From positions 78,602 to 142,601 of the forward strand of contig NIVC01002760.1 in assembly GCA_002269645.1 (NCBI GenBank): a stretch of 64,000 bases of DNA, given 5' to 3'. A program made the translations under genes and the position numbers. Under the pieces are notes generated by a model. It was not told the origin of the DNA. It searched no databases and worked only from the letters and a program-made list of their open reading frames with translations. Every line of letters begins with the position of its first letter. Within the stretch, counting starts at the first letter, position 1. The DNA comes from Macrostomum lignano. Its lineage: Eukaryota. Positions 11,701 to 23,300 of this stretch are shown here, in pieces.

Positions 11701-14700
11701 TTCATCTAGGCGGGAACGGTGGTAGCAGCAACATTTATGATCGTAAATTTGAAAACTGTCTATGGCTGTTTTCGGCCTATCCGTCGGGAACGGTTATAAG
11801 CGCCTAAAACTGCAGTCAAATAGAGGTTAAGGTGATTGTCACTATTTGGGATGATCGTAAACCAAAGGAATGCCGCAACTTCTTAATGATGAACTTTAAT
11901 AATTAATTAAAATTATGAAATTTTTTTATTGTGCATGAGTACTGATTGCTTTGATTTACTTCTTTGCCAATCTTTTGTAACTTTCTGCTGTACACCTGTT
12001 AATGCTATTGAAACTTTTTACTATTATTATTTGTTTTTTTAGCTTGTAAATTGCTTGGATACCTCTGTGCTTTGCTAAAAAGATAGAAAAACAAAAGCAT
12101 TAAAAAGTCTGTTTTAGAAAAAAAGTGCAAGGTTTTGTATTTACTTTGTTAACTTCAACAGATTAATGCTTATTAACAATTATCAGTTAATTATCAATTA
12201 ACTTAACAAAATTGAGTTAAAAAGTTAAGATTTTTTTGTTTTGATGCTAACACTTTTGCCATTAATGGAAGTTAAGATTTTCATTAATGATGCCTAACAC
12301 TAATTATACCTAATAGTGGCAGTGCTAGTTTGGAATCTTGGATAATATCACTGAGTAAAGTGACAGATCACCTTACAACTTGTAAAATAATTAAGGTGCA
12401 ATAGAAGTTTTCAAAATGACATGACAAACTGTTTCTTGAGACTCAAGATTTCAAGCATTCATGGAGCAAATGATTCTAGCACTTTAAAAAATTAACACCT
12501 TGTTTATCATATCAGTTTTGGTCTTTGGGATAATAATCATTAAAATATAAGAATTTCATTTAAAAATTATTGTGTTTCAAAAGCACAAGCTCTATTTCTT
12601 TCAAAAAAATAAAGTTAGATTGAGCTTTAAACTGAATTACAGTTGTTTTGCCCAACTTTATATATTTGCCCATAATTTCAAATATTTAATCCACTTCCCA
12701 TTCAAATTTTTCATTAAAAAAGTTATGCATAATCCCTAAAAACAGACTTTTTTAAAACAAATTTGAAACAAAATTGCCAAATAATTCTTAAAAAACAACA
12801 AACAGATAGACAGACAGGCAAATAGTGCAAAATTAGTATATAGATTTGTATTTATTGTTGTTATAATGCAAGTTAATTATTAAATTGTGTTTTGTGATTT
12901 ATGGTTTTAAATTATTATGAGTTTTTTCTAAGAAAGAAATTCCTTTCAAAAGTGCATAAGCCCTTTTAATCAGAGTTAGTACTAAGATCTGTCAACTTTC
13001 TGCAAGTTTGGACATCCATTGCCACCTTTGCCAAATTGGTCCAATTGGCTTAGAGGCAAAATAGTCCATGGCCAATATGGTCTGGGGGCAAAATGTTTAT
13101 TGCCAAAATGGTTTATGGGCAAAATGACTAGTTAACCTTAAACCACTTACACATGATGTCTCAAATATAATGGCTCTACTGCATGGAGGCCTTAGCTTCA
13201 ATTTTGGTCTAAATATAAAAAATCTATAGATTATAAATAGTGTTCTACTATAAAAGAGGTCCATGTACTATCGCTATAGCCATAAGCAAAACTACCACTT
13301 ATTATAATTCTTTGTATTCTATAGCCATAGGGATTCCAATATTATCATATTCCCATAGCTGTAGCCATAGTTTTGACAAAAATTCTCAATATTTAAGTAC
13401 TTTGAATCAGAAAAATACAAACCAAATAACTAACTGCAAAGGTTGTTTAAAAGACTGCAAAGAAAAAAATTTGCAAAACAAATCAGCAAACTAGCTGTAT
13501 TAAGCAAGAGTTATATTACTAATATTTAGCAAAATGGGCAACGCTTGCCTCCCTACTCAGTCTTTGGACTGCCTTACAGCTTAAGTTACTAACATTGCAA
13601 AAACATATATAAAAGCAAACACTAAGAAAGCATTTATTGGCCATACTTCTTTATTTGCATTATAAACAATTGCAATTATAAATTATATCACTTCCAAAAT
13701 GGAAAATATATTATAAAATTTCTTTTTATTTATTGTATTTTATTTGGTATAATTTATAAGTCTTTAAATCTACTATACAGTTTTCCAGGGTATCTTTGTT
13801 TTACTCTACCAATATTTTTTTCATTTTTTAAATTTATAACTATGGCTATATTAATCTACAGAATGTGACAGCAATTACTATATTTCCATAGTTGTAGCCA
13901 TAAGAGCAACTATCTACTAGAGGCATATCCATAGTTGCCATAAGCATTTATTTTACCATATTTGCCATAAGATCCCATAGCCATAGCCAGGTAGAATACT
14001 AATTATAAGATAGAGTATGCTATCTTAGAGTATGATAGTATGCATCCCTTTCAATTTTAGAAGACAATCATTTTGATATTATTCATACTATTAATATTTG
14101 TATTGTTATTAGCAAATGATCATGAACCAAAAAATTAACAATTGTACTTAATAGCTCGTAGTTTAGACAAAAATAGTTATAGCATATAGCATAAACAAAC
14201 TTATTTGATAGGAATAGTTTCAGTGCACACAGTGCAGGCAAACTTTTTATAGGATAATTTAGAATGTGTTTTTATATATAGTCATTTTGTCTGACTTGAC
14301 TGCCTTTTATTTGCTAGTTAACAAAATGACTTTTAATTATTGTATAATTTTGTTTATTGCAAAATGTCACCAAAACATTATTAGAGTTCTATTATTATAG
14401 TTATGAATATAGCTATAGAAAGTTTTGGAAACAGAGGTTTTTTAGCAAAGCATATGGATATTGTTATGGGAACACATAGTTCTTATATCTAGATCCTGTA
14501 TCTAATAATACCACTTAACTAAAACTTAAACAACCATTGGAACTATTGACTTGATTGGGGTAGGTTATTGGAAATAAATAAATGCTGCCAGTTTAAAAGT
14601 TGGAAGAACATTTCGAGTCCCTAGAATTTTCAATGCCTTGTTGACATTGTGGTTGCATGGTAGGAGCTAAAGTTTATATGAATCACTTTTAGGGGAGCTT

Positions 14701-16965
14701 TATAAGTCCCTAGGGTTAGGGACTATGATGGGATAAGGACTGTGGGAGCTAAATTTAAGAAGATTGAAACTATATGCATATTGAGATTGAAATGAGGGGG
14801 GTTAAGTTTAAGATAAATGTTTTTACTTTCAATATAAAAGTTAAAATAAGCACGTTGTGGCTAGGATGGTAAGGGCTTAAGTTAAGATGAATGAAGCCAA
14901 TGGGGAAGCCACCTAGCATTTGCCACTATCAAAGGCTAGATTGCAAAGGAGTCTTCTTGGAAACCAATTGATGAGTTAGGCCATCACCCTCACAGAATAT
15001 TTTGCATAGTAGTAATTGGAAATTTTGTTAATTGAGTTACTTGAACAATATATGAAAATATTTCAGGAGAGAGATGAGAGGTAGAAAAGAGAGAGTCAAA
15101 GAAGGGGAAAATAAAAGATGATCTTGTCATTTGCCCTTGGCCTGCAGCTTGAGCAATATTTATTGTTCAAGCTATTGTTCAAGCTAGATATTTGCATAGC
15201 AGAAGGCATCTGACCAGATAACATGGCTAGTCAGTTGAAGTTGTTGCCTGCATAGCAGGTCAGGCCACATCAGGCGCACCCTTGTGTAGAGCACAGCTAA
15301 TAAAGTATATTGAGTCTTATTAACCATTATAAGGTGCATAAAATTCTTCTAAAAACCGTAAGCAAACAAGTTGCTATTTACCATAATTAAAAACATTTAT
15401 ATTAGTATATGTTTGTATGTATATTAAATCCTTTTGAAGTTGTATACTTTAGAGAAATAATATGGAAACCTTTATATATTTATCCTTAGAAATACTTATA
15501 ATTGTTTATTGTTCAATAGTTAAATGGCAAAGAATGCAACCAACTTACACACAACACACATATTTAGAGCTGCTTGCTGGCGCAGACCTGAACGATCTCA
15601 CAGTGAAGAAGGTGCGCAAAGAGCTTGAGCAGCGACTCGGAGTCAGCCTAGCAGATAGGAAGACTGATATTGAACAGGCAATCGAGGCTGTACTGACAGC
15701 CCGCGGCAACAGTGCTAGCAACCAAGATGAAGCTAAAAGCAGCAATAGCGGCAATGAAGATAAACATGATGATGATGATGACACAGACTCCAGCTTATCC
15801 GAACTAGAAGACGCTGCTCCATCAAGGAAATCGGCAAAATTGTCTTCAGCTTCATCCGCTGCAGCAGCTTCGTCTTCTGCTTCTGCAAAAAAGAAGCAGA
15901 AAGCTCAGACAGACGAAGAATTGGCCAGGGAGTTGCACCTGAAAGAGAATGGCTTAACAACCCGTCGGCGCAGGACTGTCGGCTCAAGCGGTGATTCTTC
16001 CGCTACTAAAAGCAGAAAAGCGCCAAGAAAATCTGGCGGCGGATTCTCCAAGCCGTGCGCGTTGAGTCCCGCATTGGCCAGCGTTGTTGGCTGCGACTCT
16101 ATGCCCAGACAGCAGGTGGGTGCAAGCATTGTGGCAGCCACATTTAGAGACTGGCGTTTGGCGAGGCAATTCCAAATCAGCACTCTGAAAGGCACTCTCT
16201 ATTGTTGTCACTGTATGGGCACATAAATGCATATTCAATTTTTTAAAATAAAAGTCTAAACTTTATTGTGACTCTACTTTGACAAACCTTTCACTCCAAA
16301 AGTCACAAACCTGTCACTCTAAAAGTTACGAATCTGTCACTCTAAACGTCTCAAACCTGTCACTCTAAATACCACAAACCTGTCACTAAAAGACACCAAC
16401 CTGTCACTAAAAGTCACAAACCTGTCACTCTAAAAGTCACGAATCTGTCACTCTAAACGTCTCAAACCTGTCACTCTAAATGCCAAAAACCTGTCACTAA
16501 AAGTCATCAACCTGTCACTCTAAAAGTCACAAACCTGTCACTTTAAAAGACAAACCTGTCACTCTAAACGTCACAGAATGTCACTAAAAAAGTCACAAAC
16601 CTGTCACTTTAAAAGTCAAACCTGTCACTCTAAACGTCACAGAACTGTCACTTGAAAAGTCACAAATCTGTCACTCTAAAAGTCACGGATCTGTCAGTCC
16701 TAAAGTCACATTGCTTTTCACTTTGTAAGCACTCTTGCAAGCCCAATGAGAGTCACTCCACTAGTAGCACTCCATTAAATTCTCCTTCATCACGCAGGTG
16801 GTGAAGCGCCTGTGGGACATCGCCAAAGAGCGCGAAATGTTCGACCCGAAGAACAAGCAGTTTGTGATTTGCGACGCGGAATTTGAGCAACTGTTTGGCA
16901 AAAAGCGACTTCGGATGTTCGCTCTGATGAAGTATCTGAAGAATCATGTTAAAAATGTGGACTAA
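8755..16965 (+). CDS. DEK-C + SWIB/MDM2 domain protein (UAF30/spp27-like), about 250 aa; join(8755..8791,15568..16115,16798..16965)
   Basis: Exon 1 ATG...GTGACTA|gtaagt joins tttag|AGCTG to give MVENSVLHEEVTKLLAGADLNDLTVKKVRKELEQRLG (DEK-C). FSKPCALSPALASVVGCDSMPRQQ|VVKRLWDIAKEREMFDPKNKQFVICDAEFEQLFG is SWIB. All introns are GT-AG and phases are consistent (753 nt). Confidence 0.9.
9277..10144. mobile_element. MITE/non-autonomous DNA transposon with TIRs of about 70-85 bp and a 6-bp direct flank ATAATG
   Basis: Left agggtgc...aaatttggcaatagagattcacaatggactaatt...ggcaacaat is inverted at 10075-10144. ATAATG lies at 9271-9276 and 10145-10150. Confidence 0.7.
10597..11115. mobile_element. Nested MITE, 17-bp TIR CCCTATTGGAATAAGTT, 8-bp TSD gct(a/g)tagg
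   Basis: TIRs at 10597 and 11115; TSD at 10589-10596 and 11116-11123. Removing it restores aagctggcta.tggaaagcatgtcaaccct, which also occurs uninterrupted at about 10453-10482. Confidence 0.8.
11597..11793. mobile_element. Small nested inverted-repeat element (about 200 bp)
   Basis: ccgttcccgacg..aggccgaaaacggccata at 11597-11631 is inverted at 11761-11793. No clear TSD. Confidence 0.55.
16280..16710. repeat. About 23-bp minisatellite (AAACCTGTCACTCTAAAAGTCAC) in intron 2 of the SWIB gene
   Basis: Direct reading; degenerate copies. Confidence 0.9.
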
Positions 16966-17149
16966 TTGGACACTGAGAAGGGTAGTTTTTTGCTTTTTTA
17001 ATTTACATAATCTGTATTTGTAAGTGGTTCATTCAGCTTATTATTTTTGGAGATTCAAGATACAGTACGAACAAGCTGTCTTCAACTCAACGCATTGGCC
17101 TCACAGTTTATTGAATCGTCTTTCTATTAAGTAAGTCGCTCATCTCGCT

Positions 17150-17580
17150 AAAGAATAGGTCATAAATCCCATTTGAGAATGGGTCATAAATTCGATTTAA
17201 GAATCGGTCATTGATCCATTTGAGAATCCGTCATAAATCCCATTTGAGAATCCGTCATAAATCCCATTTGAGAATCGGTCATTGATCCCAGTGTAGAATC
17301 GGTCATAAATCCTATTTGAGAATCGGTTATTGATCCCAGTGTAGAATCGGTCATAAATCCTATTTGAGAATCGGTCATAAATCCTATTTGAGAATCGGTC
17401 ATAAATCCTATTTGAGAATCGGTCATAAATCCTATTTGAGAATCGGTCATAAATCCTATTTGAGAATCGGTCATTGATCCCAGTGTAGAATCGGTCATAA
17501 AGCCCATTTGAGAATCGGTCATTTGATCCCAGTGTAGAATCGGTCATTGATTCCATTTTAGAATTGGTCATTAATCCTAA
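17150..17580. repeat. 24-bp minisatellite (TGAGAATCGGTCATAAATCCTATT) with a variant unit
   Basis: Direct reading; gives the 8-aa periodic ORFs. Confidence 0.92.
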
Positions 17581-18564
17581 CATCTCACTTGATGAAAGTT
17601 TCTTTTATATTTAACTTTAATTACTGTATATGAAATATTTTTACTTTCAAGTAGCTGTCCTACTACTTGCAGTAACAATAGTAAAATTGAATGCTTATAT
17701 AAATTGTCAATTATTATTTAAAAGTAATACTTTATCTTATACTACTGACTATATAAGTAGTTAAACTGCGTTGCCTCTTCATCTCTGGCTGCAGTAGTAG
17801 CCAAGCGGCTTTCATGAAAGTTCATAAAAGTCCCATTTGCAATTGCCATACAATGTTGCATTTTGTCATCCGTTATCGCGTATTGAATATGAAAATGCAA
17901 AGTTAAACTGACTACTCAATAAATAGTAGCTTATGAGCGCACTGTCTCCGGTACTGTAGACACACGCATTCGCTGCAATAAATGTCTTAAAGATGTGTTT
18001 TGTTTTAACCATCTTTTGTATAGTACTAAGAGTACTTTAAGCTGCTTTTCACTTCAGTCAAACAAACAAAATAATAATAAATATTATTAAATAAAATGAC
18101 CTGTGGACTGTTTTGTTCCATCTGTTTGCCCCACCTGTTGAAATTAAATTGCTGTCTAATTATTATCTTTACATTCATTTTTCCATTGTTTCAAGATTAA
18201 CAACAAGAAACAACTTAGCAGTCACTGATTGGCAGGTGAAAACTGTCACAAATCACGAAAAGAGAACACTTATTAGTGTGTTTATTTGTGTGTATCAATT
18301 TTTTATTTCGATAGCAAGGCAAATCACAGAGTTTCAAGTGGAAGATTAAAGCTTTAGCGTCCTTCACAAGGGCGCCGCACAGTGCATATCACAAAATTTA
18401 CGTTTTTTCTTTGGAAACACCAGAAAGATTTCAAAACTATATCAAAAGATTAAAAAAGAAAATGAGCCAGTTTTATTATTACAAGATAGAAAAAATACGG
18501 TTGAGGAGGCAGATCGACCTAGCTTAGTCAATTTTAATTGTATCTTGATAAGCAAGATCTTGTC

Positions 18565-19135
18565 TTAGCCAATAGAATCGTAGCTTAAATCTAATTGGTA
18601 AAAAGGAGCCAGATCAGCTCAACTCTTAACCAATAGAATTTAGTTCGAATCTGATTGGTCAAAAAAGCCAGATCAGCTCCACTCTTATCCAAAAGAATTT
18701 AGCTTGAACCTGATTGGTCAAGAAAAGCCAGATTAGCTTGACTCTTAGCCAATAGAAATGGAGCTTGAATCTGATTGGTCAAGAAAAGCCAGATCAGCTT
18801 GTCGTAGCCAATAAAATCGTAGCTTGAATCCGATTGGTCAAGAAAAGCCAGACCAGCTTGTCGTAGCCAATAGAATCGTAGCTTGAATCTGATTGGTCAA
18901 AAAAGCCAGATCAGCTTGTCGTAGCCAATAGAATCGTAGCTTGAATCCGATTGGTCAAGAAAATCCAAATCAGCTTGTCTTAGCCAATAGAATCGTAGCT
19001 TGAATCCGATTGGTCAGGAAAAGCCAGATCAGCTTGTCTTAGCCAATAGAATTGGAGCTTAAATCTGATTAGTCAAGAAAATCCGAATCAGCTTGTCCTA
19101 GCCAATAAAATTCTAGCCTAAATTCTATTGGCTAA
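18565..19135. repeat. About 59-bp tandem repeat, about 10 copies, each with CCAAT and ATTGG
   Basis: Unit gattggtcaagaaaagccagatcagcttgtcgtagccaatagaatcgtagcttgaatc(c/t). Confidence 0.9.
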
Positions 19136-19232
19136 GAAAACTCAGTTGATTTTATCAGCCTGGTTTCTAATTGGTCGATCAGTGCGCCTCAGACAATGGT
19201 AGATAAAGTTAAGTAGCAGCTTCTGCAGCCAA

Positions 19233-19975
19233 TCAGGCCAGCGCAAGGCTCTGATCAGCCAGCTGGGAGTTCATATTCGCCTGTCGCTGGTCGGCCCTCC
19301 TGCCCATCCGGTTGGCCCTGTTGGCCAGGTGAAACTCCAGGTCTTTCTCTCGAGTCCACCTGGGCGCAAGCAGTCCGGCCGGTGTCACTGGCACGTTGGT
19401 CTCCGGCATTTTCTGACCGTAGGGAAACTGCTCAGAATCTGCCGCTGTGGCCGCAGCAGCCGCTGCCGCCGCCGCAGTTTCGGCTTCTTCGGCCGCAGCC
19501 GACCTGTCCAGGAACTCCTGCCGCACCATCTCTGGTGTGAGTCCGGAGCCGCCGTCCTCCTCGTCTGGCAGCACGTGACTCGCGTCCTCTTCGTCGAGGC
19601 CATCGAGAAAGTCGGGGAGCGGCTCGCCGATGCCGGTGGTCTCAGTGTCGAATGGGTTGGTCCAGCGGGGCACCCAGACCCGGGTGAGGGTGGGCGTGTT
19701 GCCCAGAGCGGACAGGCCGGGGGAGGCGAGCTTCTTCCAGCTGGTGACGCCGCGGACAATGTCGCGTCTGCGCAGATGAGTTGATAGTAAATTATCTAAC
19801 TAACCAACTGACTAACTAACTAACTGAGCAACTAAGCAAATAGCTAACTATTTAACTAAATAATTAACTCGATAACTAACTAACTAAGCAATTAACAAAC
19901 TAAATAATTAGCTAGCTGGCTATCTAACTAGCTAACTAAATAACTGACTAACTAACTAACTAACTAACTAACTAG

Positions 19976-20017
<42 letters not shown>

Positions 20018-20018
20018 G

Positions 20019-20058
<40 letters not shown>

Positions 20059-20068
20059 GCTAACTAAG

Positions 20069-20110
<42 letters not shown>

Positions 20111-20183
20111 GCTAACTAACTAACTAACTAACTAGCTAACTAACTGACTAACAAACTAACTAACTGACTAACTAACTAACTAG

Positions 20184-20225
<42 letters not shown>

Positions 20226-20283
20226 GACTGACTAACTAACTAACTAACTAGCTAACTAACTGACTAACTAACTAACTAACTAG

Positions 20284-20325
<42 letters not shown>

Positions 20326-23300
20326 GACTAACTAACTAGCTAACTAACTGACTAACTAACTAACTAACTAACTAGCTAACTAACTAACTCCCTTACCTGT
20401 CTAAGCAGTCCCTCCTGCTGCCATATCTGGGCAGCGGGCACAGTCTGTAGTCAGGGTCGGTCTCCAGATAGGCAGGTGGCTGGTCGAAGGCCCGCATTCC
20501 GGGCGCGGGGTTGAAGGCGTGCATGGGGTGGTACTGGGTCGGCCGGGCCAGCGCCTCGGGCGGCTGCAGCAGCAGCGGCACCTCCGCCTCGGCGCTCTCC
20601 GCCTCAATTTCGCCCAGCGTTGCCACCCGGAAATCTTCCGTAGCCTGCGAGGCCAACGGCACCTCGACCAGCTCGTCGATGGCACCCTGGCGGAGCTGGC
20701 GAGGCCTGGCCGCGGTCACGTGACCCTTGGACAGGGCGTGCACGTCCACCCTGTCGTAGTGCTGCAGCTGGTAGTGCAGCGGCACCTGCAGCGGGTGGAA
20801 GGCGTAGCTTCTCCGACAGACCGGCTGCTCCGGCATCGGGGGGAACAGCGGCGGCGCAGCCTCCTCCATCTTCTTGATCTGTTGAGCCGTCTGGTGAGTC
20901 GGGAAGGTCAGCGTGCCGACGCTCTCGAGCTGCAATTGGCTGTCCTTCAGCTGCTCCTCAGCGAGCTCCTCGTCCTCCTCTTTGCGCTCCATGTCGGCTG
21001 CGAGGATTATCAAAGAGGATTAATGACGTAGGGATTGAAATTTGAAAGCGATTAGTGTTGATCTCACGATAAGAAATGTGGATTAAGAATAAATATACGA
21101 ATTGTAGAGTTGAGGGATGGCATCGGGAAGTAGTGATAAAGATTGAGATTATCGATGGGGGATTAGGGATCAGAGTTGGATTAAGGGTGATAATTGGGAT
21201 TAAGGGTCAATTTAGGATTAGGGTTCTAGTTTGGGATTAAGGAGTCCAGGTTGGGATGAAGGGTCCAGGTTGTGATTAGGGATCAGGATTGGGATTAGGG
21301 GTCCAGGTTGGTATTTAGGGTCCAGGTTGGGATTAGGGGTCCAGGTTGGTATTTAGGGTCCAGGTTGGGATTAGAGGTCCAGGTTGGAATGAAGGGTCCA
21401 GGTTGTGATTAGGGATCAGGATTGGGATTAGGAGTCTAGATTGGGATTTAGGGTCCAGGTTGGGATTAGTGGTCCAGGTTGGGATTAGTGGTCTAGGTTG
21501 GGATTAGGAGTCCAGGTTGGGATTAGGGGTCCAGGTGGGGATTAGTGTTCAGGATTTATGATTAGGGATCAGAATTGGGATGATAGATCAAAAATGAAAT
21601 AAAAAGCAGAATTTTGAGTACTTTTGAGTGGGCTTTGGATTAAGGATGATCACACCTAGAATCTTAGAAGTGCGAGTGCCAGATAACTTCAGATGCAAAA
21701 GTGAACTTGGGTTAAAACTTCATCCTGCATCACACAGCAGAATTGGTACAATCGGTACAATAAAAATATTCTGCAACTGTTACTAAAAGAAGCTTTTAGC
21801 TAAAACATAAAAATTTCAAATTCGATTATTAGAGTCAAACGGAATACAATGTGCATTGTTGCAGACGCTAAATAAAATTTAAGTTTTGCATTCGCACTCG
21901 GTGAATATAATTGACCTCAACTTGTGCAACCTTATTCTTCTTCAAAAAAGTTGTGCAATGTGTCTATTGTTGCTTTTAAAACTCTACAACTAATTATAAC
22001 TTACACAGAAACGGTATGAAGGCGTTTTCTGAAATAATATTATTGTTTATTAATTTGCTTGGAAATAAAATCAATTCATTTGGCGAGTTTTTTATCATAA
22101 ACATTGTTCAGATTGTGGTTAAATAAAATGCAGCGAATTTGATCACTGTTGCTAGGGGCGCAAATTTGGTTGCTAGGCCCGGTAGAACCCCTAGTTGTTT
22201 GGGCCGCTAAAATTCCAGTTACTAGGGATGCCAATATGGTTTCTAAGGACACTGAAATCTCCGTTTCAAAGGACGCTAACACGGTTGTTAGGGGTAACCG
22301 AAATTCCAGTTGCTAGGGACGCCAATATGGTTGCTAAGGACACCGAAATCTACGTTTCTAAGAACGCTAACACGTTGCTATGGGGACCTCAATTCCAGTT
22401 GCTAGGGACGCCAATATGGTTGCCAAACTCGCCGAAATTCTTGTTGCTAGGGACACCAACGCCTGTTACTAAGGATACCAAAAGGGTTGTTATAAGCGCC
22501 AATATATGGTTGCTAGGGCCATTAAAATTCCTGTAGCTAAGGGTTGCCAATTTCGGTTGCTAAGGCCACCCAAATTAGATGTAAAGGTCTCTAAAACTGT
22601 TGTAGTCTGTGTTGAAACCACAGCCTTAAGCAAGCTATAGTTGAAAGCGACCTTCAGTCCGACACACAAACAACGCTAGCAGCTCTACTCACTAGTAGTC
22701 AGGGCAGCGTATTTCCCTTTGCCCCAGTCGATGAACAGCTGCCTCAATCCGGCCAGTTTCTCGTCCGCCCGCCGTCTGACGATCACCTTCCAGGCCGCCT
22801 GCACAAATTGGAATCTCGCCGACCACCGACTCTCCCATTTGTCGTTTTTGTACAGGTCGAAATTGGCTGTCGGCGTGGGCGCCGAATCTTGGCCGTCGGA
22901 CGCGTCCACTTGACGCCGGGTGCGTCGCGACTGGGCCTCGGTGTCGGAGCGCTCCAGCTCCTCGGCCGGCGTCGGGTCGCCGCGCTTTCTCTGAGGGTCG
23001 AAGAGGCGGTGGGGAGGGCTCAATTTTTGACAGTGCCGTGAAAAGTCGGCTCATGAGTAGAAATACTCATTTTATGAGTAGAAATCGCCCCATGAATAAA
23101 AATCACCCCATGAATAAAAATCGCCTCATGAACAAAAATCGTATCATGAATAACAATCACCCCTTTAATAAAAATCGCTCCATGAATAAAAATCGCTGCA
23201 TTAAAAATCGCCCCATGATTTAAAGTCGTCCCATGAATAAAAATCGCCCCATTAATTAAAATCGTCCCATTAATAAAAATCGCCCCATGATTAAAAATCG

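Larger units (their letters stand above)
10176..11874. mobile_element. Non-autonomous DNA transposon with GGCA termini, long imperfect subterminal inverted repeats and 8-bp TSD (gcaacttt/gcaacttc); Merlin- or MULE-like
   Basis: ggcaattcttcggtttacaatcac matches the reverse complement ggcattcctttggtttacgatcatc. Flanks are 10168-10175 and 11875-11882. The superfamily assignment is tentative. Confidence 0.7.

Noticed and set aside
15462-15567. N-terminus METFIYLSLEIL... of ORF 15462-16226
   Set aside because: AT-rich intronic sequence upstream of the tttag acceptor; the C-terminal part after 16115 is also intronic.
21150-21570. Interstitial telomeric repeat (contains GATTAGGG words)
   Set aside because: TTAGGG appears only as part of a 19-bp unit, not in tandem.
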